64,000 nucleotides of DNA, from the NCBI GenBank assembly GCA_001820485.1, contig MHPU01000039.1, forward strand, positions 30,904-94,903, in the 5' to 3' direction. The notes beneath the pieces are model-generated. The model was given only the letters and a program-made list of their open reading frames with translations, ran no database searches and was not told the DNA's origin. Position 1 is the stretch's first letter; the number at the start of each line of letters is the position of its first letter. Of the stretch, positions 57,019 to 64,000 are shown in pieces. The stretch comes from Candidatus Staskawiczbacteria bacterium RIFOXYD1_FULL_32_13. Its GTDB lineage: Bacteria; Patescibacteriota; Minisyncoccia; Minisyncoccales; Staskawiczbacteraceae. A program made the translations under genes and the position numbers.

Positions 57019-57633
57019 ATGCAATTTATTGAATTTAAGCAACAATTAAGTAATTTTGTAGCTTTTGATCTTACTGATATAAGGAAAATCCAAGCAGATT
57101 TTGATTTACGTAGATTGTCTGAGTGGCAAGATAAGGGCTATATTAAAATGATCCGCAAGGGTTATTATATTTTTTCTGATTTAGAAATTAATGAGCAGGT
57201 TTTGTTTTTAATTGCAAACAAAATTTATGAGCCATCATATGTTTCCTGCGAAATGGCATTATCTTTTTATGGACTTATCCCAGAAGGAGTTTATTCCATA
57301 ACTTCAATTACAACTAAGAATACAATTAAGTTTAGCACACCTATCGCGGAATTCTCATATCGCAAGGTAAAGCCGGAATTATTTTTTGGGTATAAGTTGC
57401 TAAAGATAGAAAATCAACAATACAAAATTGCAGAAATTGAAAAGACAGTTTTAGATTATTTATATTTAAACCCACAAATGCAGAATGATGCTAATTTTTC
57501 TGAATGGCGTTTTAATGCCCAAGATTTTTTGGCTAAAGCAGATTTGGCAAAGTTTAATGATTATTTAAAGGTTTTTAGCAATAAGCAATTAAACAAGCGA
57601 GTAGAAAAGTTTTTAAACTTTATTAAGCAATAA
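57019..57633 (+). CDS. AbiEi-like type IV antitoxin
   Basis: IRKGYY, SYVSCEMALSFYGLIPE, IAE.EKT.LD. Confidence 0.85.
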   Translation: MQFIEFKQQLSNFVAFDLTDIRKIQADFDLRRLSEWQDKGYIKMIRKGYYIFSDLEINEQVLFLIANKIYEPSYVSCEMALSFYGLIPEGVYSITSITTKNTIKFSTPIAEFSYRKVKPELFFGYKLLKIENQQYKIAEIEKTVLDYLYLNPQMQNDANFSEWRFNAQDFLAKADLAKFNDYLKVFSNKQLNKRVEKFLNFIKQ

Positions 57634-57637
57634 GTTT

Positions 57638-58414
57638 ATGTTAACTCTTCAGCAAATTGAAAAGCAATATCCTGAAAACTTACAACCATTTAAGCGGGGA
57701 ATTTTACGCGAATATTTGCAATACAAAATTTTAGAGATTATTTTTTCTTCCAAGTTTGCCAACAAACTTTCTTTTATGGGTGGAACGGTTTTGCGACTTA
57801 TTTATGGAAACACAAGATTTTCAGAAGATTTAGATTTTGACAATTTTGCCTTGTCTGAAAAAGAGTTTGACGAGTTGTCTGGAATAATTAAAAAGAGCTT
57901 GGAATTACAGGGATTAAAAACAGAAATTAGTACAGTTGCCAAAGGAGCATTTAGGTGCAATATACGATTGCCGGAAATTTTGTTTGAGAATAATCTTTCT
58001 TTATTTAAGGAAGAGAAGATTTTAATTCAAGTGGATTCGTTTGCTCAAAATTTTGATTATAAGCCTGAGAAAAAAAACTTGAACAAATTTGATGTGTTTT
58101 CTGAAATTTTTATAACTCCGCCGGACATTTTACTTTCTCAAAAGATTTATGCAATTTTTAATCGCAAAAGAGCAAAGGGCAGGGATTTTTATGATATTGT
58201 GTTTTTACTTTCTTTTACTAAACCAAATTATAAATATTTAAAACAAAAATTGGATATTAATTCGCCCGAAGAATTAAAAAGAAAAATTATTTCCCTTTCT
58301 GTTGATTTAAATTTTGAGGAATTGGCAAAAGATGCAGAAATGTTTCTTTTTTCTGGGCAAGATAGCAAAAAAATTAAGTCATTTGTTGATTATATTAAAC
58401 AAATTGAATTATAA
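57638..58414 (+). CDS. AbiEii-like nucleotidyltransferase toxin
   Basis: FMGGT.LRL.YG..RFSEDLDF, K..A...R.KGRDFYD. Confidence 0.9.
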   Translation: MLTLQQIEKQYPENLQPFKRGILREYLQYKILEIIFSSKFANKLSFMGGTVLRLIYGNTRFSEDLDFDNFALSEKEFDELSGIIKKSLELQGLKTEISTVAKGAFRCNIRLPEILFENNLSLFKEEKILIQVDSFAQNFDYKPEKKNLNKFDVFSEIFITPPDILLSQKIYAIFNRKRAKGRDFYDIVFLLSFTKPNYKYLKQKLDINSPEELKRKIISLSVDLNFEELAKDAEMFLFSGQDSKKIKSFVDYIKQIEL

Positions 58415-58420
58415 AAAATT

Positions 58421-60184
58421 ATGGAATTTCAAAACCATTCGCCTGAGGGCTCAGGGCAAGCTAAAAATTGTCAAAACTGTAAGAAAGACTTTACCATAGA
58501 GCCTGATGATTTTGCATTTTATGAAAAAATTAAAGTACCTGTGCCAACTTTTTGTTCAGAGTGTAGAATGCAACGTAGATTGCTTTTTCGTAGTGAACGT
58601 TTTTTGTATAAACGTAAAAGCGATTTTTCTGGTAAGGAAATATTTTCTATGTGGCCACAGGAAAGCGATACTAAAGTTTATGAAAACAGCGTTTGGTTTT
58701 CTGATAAGTGGGATGCACTTGAGCACGGTAAAGATTATGATTTTTCTAAACCATTTTTTGAACAACTTTTAGATTTACGAAAAAATGTTCCAATCTACGC
58801 TTTATCAACTACGCTTGGAGTAGACAGTGATTATTGCAATAATTTTACAGCATTAAAGAATTGCTATTTAGTTTTTTCTTCTAATTATTCTGAAGATTGT
58901 ATGTATGGCACTGGAATAAATCATTCAAAAAACTGTATTGATAACATCAAGGTATTTAAAAGTGAAAATTGTCATGAAAATTTTTTTGTTAATTCCTCTT
59001 TCAATGTTTTCTTTTCTGCTCAATGTTCAGATTCAATGAATATTTGGTTTTGCAAGGATTGTGTGGGGTGTAACGATTGCATTGGATGTATTGGTTTGCG
59101 AAATAAAAGCTATTATATTTTTAATAAACCTTATACAAAAGAAGAATATCAAGCTGAATTTCAAAAATTTAATTTTGCTTCATATCAGGCGATGAAAGAT
59201 TTTTCTAAAAAAGTCCACGAATTTTGGCTTAAATTTCCAGTAAAGTATATGCAGGGTCTGAAGAACTCTAATGTTAGTGGAGAATATATAAAAAATTCAA
59301 AAAATGTTTTAAATTCATACTTAGTTTCTGGTGGTGAAAATTTGAGATATTGTAGTGAAATTAATGTTGAGCCAGTTAAAGATTGTTATGATTATTCTGT
59401 TTGGGGAGATAAGGCCGAGTTAGTTTATGAGTGCATGTCTTGTGGGCTAGGTGTAAACAACATAAAATTTTGTGCAGAGTGTTGGCCTGACTTTAGAGAT
59501 TCAGAATATTCTCTTTTTTGTCAATCATCATCAAATCTTTTTGGGTGTGTTGGTGTAAGAAAAAAAGAATATTGTATTTTAAATAAGCAGTACACAAAAG
59601 AAGAATATGAGCGCTTAAAAGAAAAGATTATCAAACATATGAAAGAAATGCCATATAAGGATGCAAGTGGCATGTTGTATAGTTATGGTGAATTTTTCCC
59701 TGGAATATTTTCTGGTGTGTTCTACAATAATTCTTTGGCTCACGAACACTTTCCATTAACAAAAACAGAAGCTGAAAGAAAAGGATATTTTTGGAAAGAT
59801 GAAACAAAACGTGCTTATGTTGTAACCAAAAAGTATAGTGACTTGCCAGATGACATTAAAGAGGTTCCAGTTTCGATTACTAGTGAAATTATTTCTTGCC
59901 AAGAATGGGAAGAAAACCAAGATATTGCAGTTCAGCACAATTGTACCGAAGGGTTTCGTATACTTGTCTCGGAATTGGAATTTTACAAAAAGTTTTCTTT
60001 ACCACTTCCTAGAAGGTGCCCTAACTGTAGATACCACGAACGTATAAAATGGCGCAACCCAATGAAGTTATGGCATAGAAAATGTATGAAACCTGGTTGC
60101 AATAATGAATTTGAAACATCTTATGCGCCAGATAGGCCAGAGATTGTATATTGTGAAACATGCTATAATAATGAAGTTGCATAA
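58421..60184 (+). CDS. Cys-rich protein, array paralog 4
   Basis: Same termini and core motifs. Confidence 0.9.
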   Translation: MEFQNHSPEGSGQAKNCQNCKKDFTIEPDDFAFYEKIKVPVPTFCSECRMQRRLLFRSERFLYKRKSDFSGKEIFSMWPQESDTKVYENSVWFSDKWDALEHGKDYDFSKPFFEQLLDLRKNVPIYALSTTLGVDSDYCNNFTALKNCYLVFSSNYSEDCMYGTGINHSKNCIDNIKVFKSENCHENFFVNSSFNVFFSAQCSDSMNIWFCKDCVGCNDCIGCIGLRNKSYYIFNKPYTKEEYQAEFQKFNFASYQAMKDFSKKVHEFWLKFPVKYMQGLKNSNVSGEYIKNSKNVLNSYLVSGGENLRYCSEINVEPVKDCYDYSVWGDKAELVYECMSCGLGVNNIKFCAECWPDFRDSEYSLFCQSSSNLFGCVGVRKKEYCILNKQYTKEEYERLKEKIIKHMKEMPYKDASGMLYSYGEFFPGIFSGVFYNNSLAHEHFPLTKTEAERKGYFWKDETKRAYVVTKKYSDLPDDIKEVPVSITSEIISCQEWEENQDIAVQHNCTEGFRILVSELEFYKKFSLPLPRRCPNCRYHERIKWRNPMKLWHRKCMKPGCNNEFETSYAPDRPEIVYCETCYNNEVA

Positions 60185-60241
60185 GAGTAAATGTATAGGT
60201 TTGACTGTATATTGTATAGATTTATAAAAAATGTTAATAAA

Positions 60242-60529
60242 ATGGTAATTGAATTAAAAAAAATTGGGACAACTTTAATTTCAAGGCAAACTGGCAAGGA
60301 GGCTTTTTTGGCAATACAGCCGATATTGCAAAGTGTAAAAAACGAGGAAATAGTTGAAATTGATTTTGAGGGCGTAATGACTTTTTCTCCTTCTTGGGGG
60401 GCAGAATTTTTAATGCCACTTTTTAAAAAATATGGGCAAATTTTAGTTCTGAAAAATACGCACAATGGCTCAGTTAGTTTAACAATTGAATTTCTAGAAC
60501 AAATAGAAAATATAAAATTCAAAAAATAA
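60242..60529 (+). CDS. STAS-like (DUF4325-type) protein, copy 2
   Basis: Near-identical protein to 54849 copy; ATG 60242. Confidence 0.82.
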   Translation: MVIELKKIGTTLISRQTGKEAFLAIQPILQSVKNEEIVEIDFEGVMTFSPSWGAEFLMPLFKKYGQILVLKNTHNGSVSLTIEFLEQIENIKFKK

Positions 60530-60532
60530 ATT

Positions 60533-62290
60533 ATGGATAGCCAAACCCATTTGCCTGCGGGCTTAGGGCAAGCCAAAAACTGTCAGAATTGTAAACAAGA
60601 ATTCGTCATTGAGAGCGATGATTTTGCATTTTATGGAAAAATAAAAGTTCCACCACCAACCTTTTGTCCGGATTGTAGATTACAGAGACGTCTTATATTT
60701 AGAAATGAGCATTTTTTATATAAAGTAAAAAGTGATTTTTCTGGCAAGGATATTTTTTCTATGCAACCTAGAGAAGGTGGATTAAAGATTTATGAGAATG
60801 ATGTGTGGTACTCTGATCAATGGAGCGCAACTAATTTTGGAATGGAGTATGATTTTTCTAAACTGTTTTTTTTCCAACTCAACAAATTACTTCGTACTGT
60901 GCCAATTTTTGCACTTTCTGTAATTCGCGGAGTAAACAGTCCTTATTCTAACAACTTCGATGGATTTAGAAATTGTTATTTGTGTTTTAATGGAAATTAT
61001 TGCGAAGATTGTATGTATGGTGTTACATTGAGTAATTCTAAAAATTCTTTAGATCTCTCTGCATGCTCAAAATGTGAAAATTGTTATGAAAGTTTTTGGC
61101 TTGAATCTTGCACGAATTGTTTTTATTGCAATCAATGTTCTGATTCTTTCAATTTATGGTTTTGTAAAAATTGCGTTGGTTGTAATGATTGTTTTGGTTC
61201 AGTTAATTTGCGAAATAAAAAATACTGTATATTTAACCAACAATATACAAGAGATCAATATATCGTAAAAATAAAAGAATTTAATATGGATTCGTACGCA
61301 TCTGTCTTACAAGTTATGAATGAAATCAATGCTTTTTGGTTGCGACATCCTGTAAAATTTTTGCAAGGTTTAAAAAATATGAATGTTTCTGGTAATTATG
61401 TTTATAATTCTAAAAATGCAAAAAACTCTTTCTTAATTCGAGAGGCTGAGAATGTTCGTTATTGTTCTTATATGGAAATTGGCCCATTACGTGATTGTTA
61501 TGATTATACTGTATGGGGGAATGGAGCAGAGCTTCTTTATGAAGCACTTAATACTGGTCTTGGCGCACATAATGTAAGGTTTTCTGCAGAATGTTGGCCA
61601 GAAGTGCGTAACATAGAATATTCGCTTTTTTGTCAGTCATCATCTAATCTTTTTGGATGTGTTGGTTTACGTAATAAACAATATTGTATTTTAAATAAAC
61701 AGTATACAAAAGAAGAATACGAAGCGCTTGTGCCTAAAATTATTGAACATATGAATGAAATGCCTTACGTTGATCCAAAAGGTAATTCTTATTGCTATGG
61801 TGAATTCTTTCCACCAATGATGTCACTTTATGCATATAATCATAGTCCCGCACAAGAACATTTTCCTATGATTAAAATTCAGGCTGAAGCGATTCAATGT
61901 TTTTGGATAGATTCTGAAGACCGAGGCTATCAAATAACAAAAAAATCATCAGAGTTACCCGATTCTATTAATGATGTAGATGATATAATAACTAAAGAAA
62001 TTATTTTATGCGAAGAATGGGGTAAAAATGAAGAAAAAGCAAAATTGAATAATTGTACCAAAGCATTTCGAATTTTGTCCAATGAATTGGAATTTTATCG
62101 TCGTTATAATATCCCTTTGCCTAGAAAATGTTTTTATTGTCGTCACAATAATCGTATTAAAAATAGAAATCCTTTTAAGTTGTGGAATCGTCAATGCACT
62201 AAATGTGGGAAAGAATTTGAGACAAGTTATGCTCCAGATAGGCCTGAGATTGTGTATTGTGAAACGTGCTACAACCAAGAAGTTGCTTAA
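60533..62290 (+). CDS. Cys-rich protein, array paralog 5
   Basis: Same termini and core motifs. Confidence 0.9.
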   Translation: MDSQTHLPAGLGQAKNCQNCKQEFVIESDDFAFYGKIKVPPPTFCPDCRLQRRLIFRNEHFLYKVKSDFSGKDIFSMQPREGGLKIYENDVWYSDQWSATNFGMEYDFSKLFFFQLNKLLRTVPIFALSVIRGVNSPYSNNFDGFRNCYLCFNGNYCEDCMYGVTLSNSKNSLDLSACSKCENCYESFWLESCTNCFYCNQCSDSFNLWFCKNCVGCNDCFGSVNLRNKKYCIFNQQYTRDQYIVKIKEFNMDSYASVLQVMNEINAFWLRHPVKFLQGLKNMNVSGNYVYNSKNAKNSFLIREAENVRYCSYMEIGPLRDCYDYTVWGNGAELLYEALNTGLGAHNVRFSAECWPEVRNIEYSLFCQSSSNLFGCVGLRNKQYCILNKQYTKEEYEALVPKIIEHMNEMPYVDPKGNSYCYGEFFPPMMSLYAYNHSPAQEHFPMIKIQAEAIQCFWIDSEDRGYQITKKSSELPDSINDVDDIITKEIILCEEWGKNEEKAKLNNCTKAFRILSNELEFYRRYNIPLPRKCFYCRHNNRIKNRNPFKLWNRQCTKCGKEFETSYAPDRPEIVYCETCYNQEVA

Positions 62291-62293
62291 ATA

Positions 62294-62329
62294 AAAAAGT
62301 TCCTATATTCTAGCATATAGGAACTTTTT
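62294..62329. terminator. Terminator closing the array
   Basis: AAAAAGTTCCTATA...TATAGGAACTTTTT. Confidence 0.75.
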
Positions 62330-62446
62330 GTGATAATATAAAAAAAGAAATATTTAAATAAAATAATTAAAAAATATATAAGAGTCTAATGTTTGGGGAA
62401 TGGTAAGTGACTGGACCCTAAACCCTATACCCTAGATCCTAATAAA

Positions 62447-63964
62447 ATGGCAGAGCAAAAACAAAATAGAATTCGTAGATTTAAACTAGCGCCACCTCCT
62501 CCAGAGCTTCCAATTTATGGCTCGGTAAAACCCGAGGACTGTTCTTTTATTGGTAAAACTAATTACGAAGCAGCTTTGCAAGAGCAAAAATATATTTTTG
62601 GTGTAAAGCGTGTTGATAGACGTAGGCATATGTATATTGTAGGAAAATCCGGGGTAGGGAAGTCTAAACTTCTTGAGCTTTTTGTTAGGCAAGATATTGG
62701 TTATGGTCATGGTATTTGTTTTATTGATCCTCACGGAGATGTTATAGAAGATATTCTACCTTTTATACCAGAAAACAGAATTAAAGATGTGGTGCTTATT
62801 GACCCGTCTGATGCAAAATTTCCAATTTCTTTTAATCCACTTGCAAATATTGATGTTAATTTTAAGCATCAATTGACCCAAGGATTAATTGAAGTTTTGG
62901 AAAAACAATTTGGTGCTAACTGGACGCCACGATTAGAACATGTATTTAGGTTTACATGTTTAGCACTTTTAGATTATCCGCACGGCACTATGCGTGGAAT
63001 GATTTCAATGCTTACAGATAGAAATTATCGTCAGCTTGTTGTGGAATATATTCAAGATGATATGGTAAAAAGATTTTGGGCCATTGAATTTGCCGATTGG
63101 TCTGAAAAATATGACACAGAAGCTATTATACCTTTGGTAAATAAACTTGCTCAATTTTTGTCTGATCCAATGCTTCGTGGAATTTTTGGACAAGAAGAAA
63201 ATAAGATTGATTTAGAGCAGATGATGAATGAAAAAAAGATTATTTTGATAAATTTATCTAAAGGTAAACTTGGTGAAGAAAATTCTAGTTTTTTTGGTTC
63301 AATGTTTATTACTAAGTTAAAGCAAGCTGGTATGGCACGTCAGTCTATACCAGAAAAAGATAGAGTTGATTTTTATTTGTATGTTGATGAGTTTCACAAC
63401 CTAATGACCGAAACTTTTGAAAACATTTTGTCTGAAGCTAGAAAATATGGTATGTGTCTTACTGTGGCTCACCAGTATATGGGTCAGCTTTTGCCAAAAG
63501 TTCAACAAGCAGTTTTAGGAAATACAGGAACTATTATTGTGTTTCGTGTAGGTGGTGAAGATGCAGTTAAATTGGAACCAGAAATGGCGCCGGTTTTTGG
63601 AGCCAAAGATATGGTAAACTTGGGAGTTCAAAATTTTTATATAAAAGAAACTATTGATGGGGAGGCTTACGATCCTTTTTCTGCTCAAACTCTTAAAGTT
63701 ATGCCACCAGCACATGAGTCTTTTAGAGAAGAGATCGTTGCAATGTCTCGCGAAAAATATGCTGTTCCGGCCGAGGCTGCACAGAAACTTATGCAACAAG
63801 AAGAATCAAAAATTATGCGAAGCTCGCACGAAAAATCCATAATTGAAGGCAAGGGAAAAGGTCCCGTCTCCGCTGAAGCTTCGGCGGGCAAGCCTGAAGT
63901 TAGAGAAGAAAAATCCTCCTCCGCTAAAGCTACGGAGGACAAGCCCGAAGAACCACTTATATAA
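62447..63964 (+). CDS. Second TrwB/TraD/HerA-like P-loop ATPase
   Basis: HMYIVGKSGVGKS, IDPHGD, LYVDEFH, SEARKY, AHQY; paralog of 49062. Confidence 0.88.
   Translation: MAEQKQNRIRRFKLAPPPPELPIYGSVKPEDCSFIGKTNYEAALQEQKYIFGVKRVDRRRHMYIVGKSGVGKSKLLELFVRQDIGYGHGICFIDPHGDVIEDILPFIPENRIKDVVLIDPSDAKFPISFNPLANIDVNFKHQLTQGLIEVLEKQFGANWTPRLEHVFRFTCLALLDYPHGTMRGMISMLTDRNYRQLVVEYIQDDMVKRFWAIEFADWSEKYDTEAIIPLVNKLAQFLSDPMLRGIFGQEENKIDLEQMMNEKKIILINLSKGKLGEENSSFFGSMFITKLKQAGMARQSIPEKDRVDFYLYVDEFHNLMTETFENILSEARKYGMCLTVAHQYMGQLLPKVQQAVLGNTGTIIVFRVGGEDAVKLEPEMAPVFGAKDMVNLGVQNFYIKETIDGEAYDPFSAQTLKVMPPAHESFREEIVAMSREKYAVPAEAAQKLMQQEESKIMRSSHEKSIIEGKGKGPVSAEASAGKPEVREEKSSSAKATEDKPEEPLI
63863..63945. repeat. Two in-frame short palindromes (TCCGCT.AAGCT.CGG..G.CAAGCC)
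   Basis: cccgtctccgctgaagcttcggcgggcaagcc and tcctcctccgctaaagctacggaggacaagcc. Confidence 0.8.
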
Positions 63965-64000
63965 CATTTTCGATTAATTCGATATAATAAATAATAGAAC

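Noticed and set aside
47316-62290. Diversity-generating retroelement acting on the Cys-rich genes
   Set aside because: No reverse transcriptase in the window, and differences between the similar 3' ends are mostly synonymous rather than adenine-specific.
49062-63964. Conjugative element based on the TrwB-like ATPases
   Set aside because: No relaxase, VirB4-associated mating-pair genes or integrase nearby; the ATPases lack N-terminal TM anchors.
1-64000. CRISPR array or integron
   Set aside because: No regularly spaced identical repeats with unique spacers, no cas genes, no tyrosine integrase; palindromes are dispersed and lack attC consensus ends.
1-64000. Alternative genetic code (UGA=Gly)
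   Set aside because: Long core genes are intact in code 11 and TGA serves as a stop with ATGA overlaps (5690, 9049, 30674, 34305).

Overview
AT-rich bacterial chromosome segment in standard genetic code. The gene content (khpA, trmD, rpmG, mltG, rplJ/L, murB, hpf, secA/D/F, dinB, CofE-like, TrwB/HerA-like ATPases, Cys-rich hypotheticals) and the near absence of Shine-Dalgarno motifs on core genes point to a Patescibacteria/CPR (Parcubacteria-like) genome; this assignment is inference. Four layers stand out. (1) A ~21 kb element (about 4.85-25.9 kb) with a small and a large serine recombinase appears integrated inside the 3' end of rpmG. The displaced L33 tail (HSLHKESKKG*) is readable at the right junction, and the left junction is dual-coding: it supplies a new L33 tail and, in another frame, a probable C-terminus of the recombinase. 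Cargo includes a PD-(D/E)XK / PLD-SNF2 / N6-adenine MTase defence-like operon. (2) At 45.7-64 kb, five paralogous ~580-aa Cys-rich genes with conserved ends and mosaic cores alternate with different regulatory or toxin-antitoxin modules, in a locus with two TrwB/HerA-like ATPases; one ATPase shares the CxxC-x17-CxxC domain. (3) At least six families of short palindromic repeats are dispersed through the window, many in-frame inside genes (secA, dinB, ATPases, Cys-rich paralogs), with filled and empty sites visible among paralogs. (4) Four GC-richer orphan genes with their own SD and terminator sit between core genes. All calls are from motif recognition by eye; no database searches were run.
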